Part shown: positions 52,170 to 64,000 of the stretch, piece after piece
Numbering within the stretch: the stretch's first letter is position 1
Layout: every line of letters begins with the position of its first letter
Source of the DNA: Phoronis australis
Taxonomy: Eukaryota > Animalia > Phoronida
DNA length: 64,000 bases
Assembly (NCBI GenBank): GCA_002633005.1
Contig: NMRA01000029.1
Location: forward strand, 105,707 to 169,706
Reading direction: 5' to 3'
Position numbers and translations under genes: made by a program
Notes under the pieces: model-generated
What the model was told of the DNA's origin: nothing
Seen by the model: only the letters and a program-made list of their open reading frames with translations
Database searches by the model: none

Positions 52170-53364
52170 GTAAGTGACATGTGGGAGAAAAGTGCAGCAT
52201 TTGCTGTTTAATTCCACTCAAAAACAATATTAACAAATTACCAGAATTTTTAATGTGTCTATTTTGCAAAGAGTGATTTCATCATTTAGTGTTAAAACAC
52301 TACAGTCTGTTTTGTGACTAACCAGTCCTATAGTTGCTTTTCTACTGCTCTTCTCCAATGTTTAGTTTCGTTATAAAATCATACTTTACCTGCATAAAAT
52401 TTGCGTAATTGAATATTTTGCGATTGGTGCATAGTATAAAGTGTGTTGATGATAATGAATTAAAAATTTCTAGCAATGTATGTTTTTGGTTCCCAGAGAA
52501 CTTCGATTTTGTCTCAAAATCAATGGCATGGAACTACATAGAAATGTTTGGACAGAGCTACATGACACAATGATAGAACTTGGGTAGGGTTTGCTGCAAA
52601 TTTTTGAAGGTTTGGTGATTCGTGGTGGGTACCATGTTAGGATGAACGAACTCGCAGAGCTTTGACCGCTTTGGGATTTCTATTACCATTTTTGTTGCGC
52701 CCGTAGTTATTTGTGTTGTGCGCCCTCTTCCTCTCAATGTCGCCCCCTTATCTTGGTGACGACTGTGGCAGTTCACGCCCCCCCCCCACCTCCCTTTTTC
52801 ACGGTTTAAACCTGAATATGTGAGAAGTTTAGAAAATATTACTGAAAATTACAAAATAGGGAAGGAAGGAATCAAGTGCTCAAACACTTTGTTCCAGCGA
52901 TATGTATATTTCATGTTGAGAAAAAAATGTAATTTCACACGCTGGAATAGCAAGTGCACATTCCATGTCAGCTGTGATCTGCGGGTGAACTCAGTTTTTG
53001 GCCAGCTATTGTCTGAATACCACAAGTCTACCCTCGATATAACTCCATGCATAAGACATTTCTAAGAAAGCCGTCACTTCACAAAGTGTTGTTATTAGGA
53101 TTGCAATAACATTATAACGTTATTTCTTTTCCTGGGTATTGATACTATCACGACATCACTCATTAGTTGTAAGGGAATGTCTATAAATATAATACAGAGT
53201 ACTACTGTCTTCCTCAGTTTACCTGTGTCCCTGAAGGTGTCTCAGTGTGAGGCACAAAACTGTGTGTAAACAATGGCCGCTAGATGAGCAGTGGTTTCCT
53301 CTTTTGCCTGCTGTAAAGCTCCGCCTTCTATGGAATTATTCTGATATGGAATGATATGTTGCAG

Positions 53365-53473
53365 GTGTTGAGTTATGTCTTTCTCAAGCAGACCACGTCA
53401 CTGCGAGCCATAGCCTGCTGCGCCATCATTATTTCCGGCTTCTTCTTGGGGGTCAATCAAGAGGGGTCGTCAG
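53365..53473 (+). CDS. SLC35C1: GDP-fucose transporter exon
   Basis: ttgcAG / G|gtagca; VLSYVFLKQTTSLRAIACCAIIISGFFLGVNQEGSSG. Confidence 0.94.
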
Positions 53474-53846
53474 GTAGCATTCTCTTTTTTACTTATTAAA
53501 GCTTTCTTCCCCACTTTGGGCTACTCCACATTCCATTAAGTTACAAGAGTTAGTTTTCATTTGATGCAACTGTTGAGTGTTTTCACAAAAATCGTGAAAG
53601 TTCTATTTTTGATAGCCCCGTATGCAAAAGTGGAAAAAATTCAAAACGATTGGTTCTTACAGCATTTTGGGGAGCAATGCATAAAGAGTAGTTTCTGAAG
53701 GTTTCATATGAACCCAATCGGACATTTCTGATGCTTCGAAGTTAGCTTAGTTTTGGACATTTTTCTAGCCAGGGTCTTTACTTTAACTGAGTTTTGGCCT
53801 AATTAATTGAGTTGCAGTAGACAACATCCACTAAATGCATTGTAGT

Positions 53847-53934
53847 TGGTGATGTCATAAGCTTTGTTTGGTGATGTCATACGCTTTGTTTGGTGATGTC
53901 ATACGCTTTGTTTGGTGATGTCATACGCTTTGTT
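53847..53934. repeat. 22-bp tandem repeat x4 (ttggtgatgtcatacgctttgt)
   Basis: Direct reading; ends ~30 nt before the SLC35C1 last acceptor. Confidence 0.9.
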
Positions 53935-53967
53935 TAATGATGCCTTTCCTTACCTCTGTTCATTTAG

Positions 53968-54482
53968 GCTCGCTGTCTATTGTCGGCGTGATATTTGGTG
54001 TGTCTGCCAGCTGCTGTGTGGCGTTGAATGCCATCTACACCAAGCGCACCCTACCCATGGTTGAGGATAACATATGGCGTCTAGCACTCTACAACAATGT
54101 CAATGCCTCCATACTCTTCATACCCATAATCCTTCTCCATGGAGAAGTCTCCGTCATCATCAACTTCCCGTTGATCGGTAGTGGCTTCTTTTGGTTCATC
54201 ATGACTCTAGGTGGCGTGTTCGGGCTGGCCATAGGTTACGTCACTGGCCTACAGATTCAAGTCACGTCTCCACTGACCCACAACATCTCTGGTACTGCGA
54301 AGGCCGCCGCTCAAACAGTGCTAGCATGTATCATCTTCTCCGAAGTTAAGACAGCCCTCTGGTGGATGAGTAACCTGGTCGTTTTGTTGGGTTCCTTGGC
54401 ATACACCTACGTACGGGGTTTGGATATGAGGAATGCAAAACGGGAGGAGGTGAAAAGTATCCCAGCAAATCAGAGAGTGTGA
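53968..54482 (+). CDS. SLC35C1: GDP-fucose transporter terminal exon
   Basis: atttAG; ...VALNAIYTK...YNNVNA...[31 protein letters not shown]...TGA. Confidence 0.96.
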
Positions 54483-57400
54483 TCTAATTTTAGTAATATA
54501 CGGTGTTCTTCTTTAAAAGTGCCCCTGTGTATTGGGAGTGTCTTGGTCATAGGAGCTGTTAGATACCACTGTGCAAAAAAGCACCTTGTTGGATGAAATT
54601 TTTCTTTTACATAATACTTTTAGACTGTGGCAAAATATAATAGGGATATAAAATGACTTTTTTGCTAAATTTAATGAGGTAGACTAATTCATGTCACATA
54701 GAAGTAAAACCAGTACTGGGCTGCATTGTCTGAAATGTGCAGGGTGTTTGGACATTTGTAACAATTTATACTTTAATATCAGAAATTGAGTCTTTTCGTT
54801 TGAGTAATTGGTGCAATTTTGGAGCAACAAATTTTGGCTATTATTCAAGCAATTTCCTGTAACAATAATGTTTTTCGTATGATTATTTTCTAAGAATTTT
54901 GCCATAACTTTGAGTAAGCTTAAAGAATTTCACTGCTATTGGTTGACTTTTTGACAAGTACTGAAATGAATTCTGATTTGATTAAATACCTCTTTTCACA
55001 ACAGCTGTCAAAGCTTGAAAATAAGTAGCATACATTTGTCAACTCAGTCCCATAATGTGCTCGGTTATTTCCTATCAAAACTGGTTTCCCTGACAATCTT
55101 TAAGTTAATAGTAAAATTATTTAGCAATTGCATAATATGCATAAAGTGGATGTATACTTCTTTAAATGCAATGAAGGCAAATTTTGAAAGGTTTGTATTT
55201 TATTGTTACGTGCATATATTATGCACTAATCTCATCGACATTGTCCCTCCTTTGAAACCTTTGACTGTACGTTATATGGCCGCTGGTTTTCAGGAGGCAG
55301 AATTTATGCATCTTGACTGTGAAGGATTACAGGCAATAGTCTCTTGCTTCAGTCCTGGATTTTGAGAGCCAGTTTGATGCCTGCTATTCAGTGGAGAAAA
55401 CTGGTTCTCAAAGTACGGAACCCCTGTAATGGATTATTACTGAATTACTTGTTTTCTTAATTGTTGTATTGAAGTGCTGCACTTCTTTCTGTTTTTAGAC
55501 TCCAGATTTTGTGTGAAATTCCATTATTTAGACCAAGGTTGTTATCTCGTGACAAGCCTGGCACGATTGTGTAAATTTGCAAGCTTTGTCCACCGGACCT
55601 CTTTATTGTTCGTAACATTAAAACTTCTCGCTTGGTCCAGTTATTTCACATTATACCAAAACATTGTGTAATAACAAAAGGATCTGCTATCAATGGTATT
55701 CTGTGAGTTCTCCTTTTTAAAGCTACCTTTTTTGAGAGTTTTCTGTCAATGTCAATTTTATAGTAATTACAAGGTAATTTGTGGGTAATAAAAAAGGGTT
55801 GTTACTACCGGTATTCAATATTACTTGTTGAGGGATTGAGGTCACATGTAATAGACCATTTAGGGACTGTGGGCTGATTTGGCCTCTTGAGGTAAACAGT
55901 ATCAGGTAGCTTGTACTTAACTGTTATGAATGAGATATTTGTTGTGCTTTAGTGATAAAAAGGGGTTGTTGTGCATTGGGCACACACCTGTTTGTAATCA
56001 CCCCTTGTTGTATTAGTTTTCTGTCCATGCATTGTATTCTTACATTCCAAATACATACAATATGGGAATTAGTGGTCACAAATTTCGAGTGCAGGATTAT
56101 GTTTTTTGAAAAGCTGTTGTCTTCAGACAAATGAAGGTAAACACATTTTGAAATTGAGCGCTGAGTGGATCTAATTCATTGATCAAGGCTGTGTTTTTGT
56201 CATAATATAGTGCACTTACCACGGACCATCACGGAACAAGCATCACTGTGCAAAGACCTTGCACCACCTCCATGCTTAAAGAACTTTATCATAAAACAAC
56301 ACGAATACAACCGCATACAGTTACACTTGGTATGAACAACTAGGCCCTTGTGTGTGGCAACAGTTTTTCTGGCCTGTAGTGTTATATGGAGATTGGCAAG
56401 GGCTCTGCGTTGTGGTATGTTTTGTAGCTCGTGTTAAGGGTTTGATTGCCTAACCTGGTTATCCTTTTAAGGATTATATATAGGAAACCTGATGTATTGT
56501 TTTGAAAAAAAGAACTAATGCTAATATCCTTATAGTAAGTGACCATCAGTTGATTACATTATTATAGTGAACTGTTCTGTGTAATGTATTTCACAAAAAT
56601 TGATTGCTAAAATTACAATTATTCAATGACTCATGGCATTGCATGAGTGAAAGTCCACTATATTTTAATATATTTTCTGATAGTAGCTATGGTACATAAC
56701 TTGAACAGTCAAACCTTCATTTGATTTGTCTGCCGTATTGTATCAATTGGTGACATGTTAATTAAAATTTGGACCTCTTATGTCACATGTGGAATCTCTA
56801 CATGGTGCAGGAGGGGCTTCATGAAGTGTCTCCACAATGAAATAAAATACTTAAAATATTTTGGATACTCCTACTCATATTTACATAAAAGTGAAGAAAT
56901 GACTTATTAGTGATGTATCATTTGATAGCACGTGGTACAGAATATTTTTACAAGTGAAGTGATTTAAAGACTTTAAGAGGCTACTTGATTGAAGTGTACT
57001 ATACGCTCGTTTCTGGTTAAAATATGGATGGCTGTTTTACAGAAATGAGGTTTTGTTGCACTTTTTTCTCGGTTTTGTTGCCAACAAGTCTGATAATGAC
57101 TACAGGGATTGAAATAACCTGGTTTGTGTGACTGACAACACATGATGAGAGTTCTCGTAAGTTTACCATTGACTGGTAACAATTTAATGTAAATAGTGTA
57201 ACCGGTTTACTTTTATTTTTATATTTGGTTGTCATGTAAATGCAGTGGGTTGTAGTTTTAGCAAAGTTTTTGAAATGAATAAATTCGTGTGTCAGAAAGT
57301 CAGCTTGTGTTGTGTGGAACATCCTTGCAATGAGGAACTCTACATTCACTAGGTGGCAGTAGTGAATCTGTGGTAGTCCCACCCATAGAACTGTATGCAT

Positions 57401-58519
57401 TCGCGTCCTATAGGACCATTATCCCATGAACACTGCCATGTTGGTGAACAAATATTTGTCATCCAGTCTATTCAAGTACAGGAAGTAATGGTCAGCCTTT
57501 TAAAACCAGTGAAAAGGTGAACAAGTTTTTGTATTTAAAAAAGCATACAAACTGTACAATGTAATGTTGAATAGAAAATGAGTCTAGTATATAAACACAC
57601 CAACCAGCAAGCTACTTGTCTGGAACTACACTCGCTATGCAGCACTATCCCCAAAATCTAGCATTAGCACTGTACTGCTGGACGAATTCTGTGTGGTCAC
57701 TTTCATGTGGGCCAGCACAGTTGGAGAGCAATTAGTTGGCTGCCTCGAGTGAAAGCTGACTGAGCCAACGGCTCGCGTCAACCACTCGCTTATGCCAGCA
57801 CTCAACTGAGCTCGTGACTCTTCGTCTGCCGTGGCTCTAATGTACTTTCATTCAACAGCAGGTTTGTGAACACGCAACTGACAAAGGGAGCAAAGCAAGC
57901 AATACATCTTGAGAAAACATCACAGTTCCATGCTATGTCCCTTGAGTGTGATATTAATGTGCATGTATTATCCATTATATTGTAAAATTATGTACATCTA
58001 GCAGTACATGCCAAAACTGCTGTAGAAGCTCACCAAATTGGGACACAACATGGCAAACGAGTGAAATTAAGTTTTCTCATAAACTATAAGAACCACCAAT
58101 TAAAAGCCACGTTCTATACCACAGCTAACCTTAAACAATATCTCGACAATTAGCTTGTATTCACGTTAGAAATCTTTGAAGAGTGACGGGGTCAACTTCG
58201 GCAATTATTTTAGTTCGAAATTGGTGAGATTTTACCATAATCTGACAAAAACACCCTGAATTTGTCATCGTGGCAGCTGGGTGTAAACACAATTCATCAT
58301 CAAATTAGCCATCTCAATATGACGGAATGCTGGGAAACCCTCCTTACAGGTGAAAACGCAGTTCTGAAATTTCAGTACTGCAGCGACAACTCATTGACAA
58401 TCTTTTTCAATGAACAGGAATTGGTCATCACGACAGGGTAAATGCTAGTTTTAACCGATTACTACTGCCATGTACTTAATGCCATCTTCCACTCGCAGTG
58501 TGTAGAATCAAAAAGGAAG

Positions 58520-58942
58520 CAGTGCTCGGTTGCACGAACCAGTCCCAAATAGCGACTCCACAAAGTTCCCTATTTCACTGCGTATTTGTGTCTTTCTTTA
58601 CTCACAAATGTAATACTTCGCTATCATTTCATCTTTATTGTGTGCTCCTTTTCTGATAATATAACTAAAAAACGAGCGCCGAGTTCTATGCAAATAAATT
58701 GGGACTTAGTCCTTAAATTAGGGGCGTTGCATGAAAAGATCCCTATTCATTTTCGATAATATTGAAAATTCAACGTAAAGTTCACTCTCGATTTGTATCA
58801 AAGGCAAACATTGACTTAGTAAAGAATCTAAAACAGCATCACAAAGGACAACCGGTGTTTTTCACAAGTCCACAAATACGCAGTAAATTTAGGGAACTTA
58901 GTTGAGTACTTATTTGGGACTGTTTCATGCAACCGAGCACTG
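58520..58942. mobile_element. MITE with ~32-bp TIRs (Harbinger-like)
   Basis: cagtgctcggttgcacgaaccagtcccaaata / tatttgggactgtttcatgcaaccgagcactg, 2 mismatches. Confidence 0.8.
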
Positions 58943-59898
58943 AACATTGCTGATTGTTTCCTAGGTAACCTGCTTTTGCTGTCGTCCACAAGGTCAATCT
59001 TCTCACTCTGACAGTTCAGGCATCCAACTACAACTACCCAAAACAACAACAAAAACCTCGAACAAGTGTACTCTACAGAGCCAACACCTAGACAAATGCC
59101 AACACCTAAACTGACAATGAATGCCATCAACCAAACATCTCAAACTCGGGTGAACTTCTTAACTCAATACTTTGACTGCCTCTAACCGTTTCATCAAGCC
59201 CCATACACAGTTAAAACTCTTCAGTTTGGGACAGTTACTAAAATTTAGGAAACCAAAACTCAGGCCAAAAATGAAATTTCTGGACTCTGAAGATTGGGAC
59301 TCGAATGATTTTGGAGTTTATCATATTCTCAAATATTGAACAATGCATTTAGTAGTGACAAACTTGAAACATTTATTATCACAATAATTTCAAAGTTTCT
59401 GGTACCCATAACTTCATTGTCTTTCTTTTAATTCGTGAATTTGGTACAGCCAATATTGCCCATTTTTAAAATTTACTACAAGCTCCAGCCATGAACAAAA
59501 TCAATATTTTTTCCCAAACTGGACAGTGTTTACCCAAACCGTGATTAAAGTCTGAGACAAACATGGCAGTTTAACTTCTCAAACCCGCTGAACCATGGCC
59601 ACAATAAATTCTATCCACTAAGCTACTGATGTTAACAAAATCTAAAAACTTGTCAATTCTGGACAAGCAAAGCTTTCCTGACCATCACAGAACCCACCTG
59701 CCTACAGCGACAAACACAGATTCCCTGGCCCTTATTTGAATTACTCAGTCAATGCCATCAACAAAACCCACCAACCCCACGACCAGTGACTCCAAAGTCC
59801 TTTGATCCTCAGATCTTCTCAAACCTGCTAAACACATGTCCAAACAAATTCTTCCATTCCAACCACTGTCAACATCCACTCTACTCATCAAGCAGACA

Positions 59899-60088
59899 TC
59901 AGCCATCACTGAAGTTCTCCGGCTCCGGCACCGGTTCTCCGGTCACTCGACACCGGTGCATGACCGCCTTATCAAACGCCTTACGCACTGCCTTGCGTAC
60001 GTTTGGCTTCTTGTTCTCCATCAACTTCTGCTTGTCAAGACCAGAGTCTACACCCAGTGGTTCCAGCTTACCCCGTGGTAGCCACTGC
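59899..60088 (-). CDS. BRPF1: BRPF1/peregrin-like protein, terminal exon (PWWP C-terminal part)
   Basis: tttcAG; (W)QWLPRGKLEPLGVDSGLDKQKLMENKKPNVRKAVRKAFDKAVMHRCRVTGEPVPEPENFSDG*, the characteristic BRPF/BRD1 C-terminus. Confidence 0.92.
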
Positions 60089-61039
60089 CTGAAACATCAC
60101 AGGATTACACCCAGTTAACAGCATCACAAACACTGAACCAATGACATCATCAGTTAACAGACAGACAAAATGATACTGCATTGGGAATTTATCATTAGCA
60201 AAGACTGCAAACAAACTACAGTACACCACAAAAAAGGTAATCAGACAAAATACTGTTTTCCCCCCATCATGACGGCCAATACTGTTAACAGTAATAATGA
60301 CTGGTATATTATACTTATAATAACTACCAGTGCTACAAAATTCTAATTACAGCGTGGCTTAGCCACCTTACTTTCCTATTAATTCCCCTTCATTCCCGGT
60401 CATCAGGGGAGACTACTCTGATTGTGAATTCAGCTTCCACCCAGTCGTAATGACGGGGAATTCAGGGTCATTTTGTCTGAATACTTTTTGCTTGTACTGT
60501 ACGTGCCTCGTCATAAATGCCAACTGTTTCTTCATGCTCAAAGGCATGTCAAGTCCATAGTAACAAAACGCACATTTGTCCACAAAAGATGCCGCATTTC
60601 TTTATTTTTCCACGTGAAGAATTAAGACAATCGCTATAAGTTGCATACAAAACAACAAATAACTCTTATTTGTGTCCCGAATACTCCAGTAAGTACAGTG
60701 AGTTGCAAGACAGAAAATTAACACACCACTCTCTGAACAGAGTTGATTTTATTGCCTGCTTCATATCCTAGATCTGCCACTGCACAACTGATGCACTTTT
60801 AAGTAACAGAACAATTTCTTGCAATCCGGTTGGCCTAAATATCCCCGTGTTGAGCAAGAAGGTTGTCACTGAAACATTTGTTTTGAAGCTTTTGGCAATA
60901 ATACTTCCAGCTTAGTCACATTCAGGTGCGGTGAAAATTGCGTACGAAATGTGAAGACAGCAAATCATTGAAGAATCAGTGGTCGATATTTATTATCAAA
61001 AGGTAATCATCAGCTCTGTTTAAAAATTCCGGTCCTCAC

Positions 61040-61182
61040 CACGTCCTCTTGGTGTCGAAAAACAAGACAAGGAAGACAGGATGGTCGTACGTCTTCTGCA
61101 GCTCCAACACATCGTCTGGTGGGACAGGGATAGGCACGCCGTTGTGGAAGTAGCCCGTCTTGGGCATCTTAGGGTCAATCAT
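61040..61182 (-). CDS. BRPF1: BRPF1-like exon (PWWP domain)
   Basis: tcacAG / TG|gtgagg; [48 protein letters not shown] (BRPF-specific GVPIPVPP and LVLFFDxKRTW). Confidence 0.95.
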
Positions 61183-62330
61183 CTGTGAATAGAGGTCATG
61201 AGAGGTACAAATGGATTCTACAGCCTAATGTTCCCTATGTGTCAGTTCTGGTATTAAGCCGAGTGGAGTACGAAAAGATTACACAACAAATCAACAACAC
61301 CATACACTGAGATGAGACCAGACGGCTAATCGAGCCACACAGTTCATTATAGGATGGACATAACTAGTACAACAATCACTTGACAGGAGGAAAATTCCAA
61401 GGATGTACCAAGTCTACATCGGAGTAGATAAGGCTTCACATAAACAAGGAATATCATGTGATAAAGTTTAACCCAGATTCAGAGGAAAGCACATCAGACT
61501 GAAAACCAGCTGATGGAACTTCCAAACAGTACTCCAACNTAGTAAGATACTACCTGAAGTGTTGCGTCATCAGCCAGAGACTGTGACCAGCAAGAAGAGT
61601 CGCGGGTAGAAGAAATTGCCTGCAAGTGTTGAATCACCAGAGACGGTGACCAGCAAGTACACTGTCGCTATACAGTGTGTGTGTAGTTCGGAGATTCGCC
61701 AACAGGACAGACATCCAACAAGTGGAGAGTCCTAGCTTGGATAGCAGATAAGACATTTGATCGTTTGGTTGTTTGATTAAAGTAATCTTTAAAGAGGGCG
61801 CTAGCGTAGTTTCTCTTTGTAGTTGATTACTTAATTACCAATAGGTTTCATTTGTCTAATTAGGGGTTATCATATAATAAATTAATTACTGGATTTGATT
61901 ATTCACTCTCCATCTACGCACAACTTCAAAGCATAGCTACCTTTTAAACAAACCCACACAGACTATCGTCTGACAGAGCGAAACCTAATTACCTGCTGCA
62001 ACAGTGTCTTTTCCCCTCATTTACTTTGCGTTGGAAATTTAATGCCATGATTATGAGGAAAAATATAAATATTTCAATCTCAATACAGTGTGGAAAATAT
62101 GTTGCAAACATTTTAAGACTGGTCAGCATGCCAGACAAGACTTAAAATGTTTGCAATATTAGAGAATACTTTAAGTGACAATGAAGTTGCATTTGAATGA
62201 TTAAAACTGGATTAATCAATGTTCACATTCGTGTTACATGCTTAGGTTTACACACATTCCAGCAAAGCGTATAGAACTGGTCAAAAGGGCCAACATACAG
62301 AGAGGTCAGAGGTCAGAGTGAGCAGCTTAC

Positions 62331-63017
62331 CCCTGTGTTTCCTAGTTCCACCTTCGCTGACCTCGCTCTCCGAGTCCGTGGTCGTGTCGTCATCTGTTGT
62401 ACCGAGATCTGACGACTCCTCAGTCTCCGAGGCGCTGAGCAGCCTCACTTCAGGATTTGACCGGTAAACAGCGAAACTGTCCTTGCTGCGCGATGCCGAC
62501 GATGATGGCATCGCCGTTGTCTGCGTTGTGGTTGAGGGATTTGTGTCAGTCACCGAAAGGCTTCGCTTTGCCGTAGGCGTGGGTGCCTCACTGTCCGAAA
62601 CTGCCACTGCGCTCGCAGATCGCTTGCGTATTGCCGGACTCCTTGGTGGCTTGGGACTCTTAGGACTTCTCGGACTTTTTGGACTAAGTGCTGCAGCGCT
62701 GACACTGCCAGCAGAGGTACAACTGCTGTTGACGCTACTCAGTTCCTTTGTCGTCAAAATGGCGGGGGACGATTCGCTCAGCGCTTGTCCCTGACCTTTT
62801 CCCTTAGGAGTCCGCTTTGGGCCACGCTTAATAGGTATACATGGCGAGGAAAGGTGTAGTGGCTTTTTGTCTCCAAAGTTCTTCTTGAACAAGACGGCAG
62901 TCCTCCTGCTGACTCCCGATGGTGACGGTGACGGCGTCGAGGTACCGTGTGTGTCACCGGGGTGGGAGTGGGCACTAGACACACTAGCAGTGTCACCAGC
63001 AACATTGGACTCGGTAT
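62331..63017 (-). CDS. BRPF1: BRPF1-like exon, low-complexity Ser/Pro/Thr-rich region
   Basis: tcccAG / G|gtaagc; long open frame with GC-rich codon usage (DTESNV...SFAVYRS...GTRKHR). Confidence 0.8.
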
Positions 63018-63437
63018 CTGGGAAATGGCAGAAGGAAAATTACGCCTGGATACATATACTGTTTGCTGAGCCAAACGTCGCAAAAAGCAAAAAATAAAAA
63101 AGCCATTTGTTGAAACGGATGCACATGAACCAAGAATAGACGCAATACAGAAATGTTACTTTTCATGATTTTCCCATTCAGTACAGTGAAATAAAGTTAA
63201 AGAATCGTCGTGAAGTACAAACATTTTCAAACGCACTGAAAAAAGTACCTTGAAAGATGCGGTTAACGATGAATGGTAATGAAAATCAATCACAGTGAGA
63301 AGAAATTTAACATTTTTCGGTGTATTTTTATGGAGGGGTGGTTTACGGTTTTCGTGGACAGCTAAGCACTCGAGAGTTTCTGGTGACACGATCCTAAAAA
63401 CCATATTACAGTAGTAATGCAGTAATGGATCTCTCAC

Positions 63438-63635
63438 CTTTTCCCTGAGATGTTTCTACCTCGTGGCCAGAGTCGGCTGTGCTCTTTAGACGAGGAGGGC
63501 GCCCTCTCTTGGCTGCTTTGGGTGTGGCGGGTGGTGACTTCACAGGTTCTTCGCCCTCCATAGAACTTACGGTGTTCTTCTCCGGAGACTGGCTGCGACT
63601 GCGACACCCTGAGGTCTCTGAGGCAGCAGATGAGG
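63438..63635 (-). CDS. BRPF1: BRPF1-like exon with AT-hook-like motif
   Basis: attcAG / G|gtgaga; phase 1-1; ASSAASETS...KAAKRGRPPRLK...TSQGK. The gene continues beyond the window. Confidence 0.78.
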
Positions 63636-64000
63636 CTGAATAGATCAAATGGCATTGTTAATTCAGAAAAAGTAAACAAAACACCAGAGCAAATTAACAT
63701 TTTCCAGTAATTTAGGAGTTCCTAAGTTCTTTTTTAACCGATTTCTTTATGTTTGACCATAGCTTTGACAAAGACATTGTTATCTGTATTATTTGTTACT
63801 ACTAACATCAGTAGTTCTTCATGCATTTAGTGCGCAACACAGTAAACAAGTTAAGTTTCTCGCCAAAAGAATAAATAACTGTATTTTTAACAGTAGCCTA
63901 GTATGTGTAGCGAATATGTCATACTGTACAACAATACCCAGGGAAAATTCGATTAATGGCAGTACGTTATAGTGAATTTTAGAATTATATTGATCACTGC

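Overview
Eukaryotic, AT-rich, intron-rich animal DNA, probably from a marine invertebrate. The taxon is inferred only from the repeat types and gene content. I rebuilt four spliced genes by hand from GT-AG sites and phase continuity. (1) A + strand TRPV channel of the Inactive/OSM-9 clade, 14 exons at 4150-34107, 855 aa visible, N-terminus not found in the window. (2) DPM3 on the - strand, 4 small coding exons at 36765-41331, 92 aa, not recovered by the ORF track. (3) The GDP-fucose transporter SLC35C1 on the + strand, 7 exons at 45665-54482, about 366 aa, head-to-head with DPM3. (4) The 3' end of a BRPF1/peregrin-like PWWP gene on the - strand, 59899-63635, with at least one PWWP exon missing, probably at a single-N gap. 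The two most interesting signals are in the TRPV gene. One is a duplicated, diverged 110-nt exon pair (23824-23933 and 27183-27292) with identical phases, encoding alternative S4-S5 linker/S5 helices, which looks mutually exclusive. The other is a perfect 30x18-bp minisatellite (21388-21927) that starts exactly at a 5' splice site, so every copy is an in-frame GTAAGT donor adding VSSIIL. Introns hold nested LINE fragments, Kolobok-like elements, Helentron-type (HINE) elements and MITEs. All identifications come from recalled family motifs; no database search was run.
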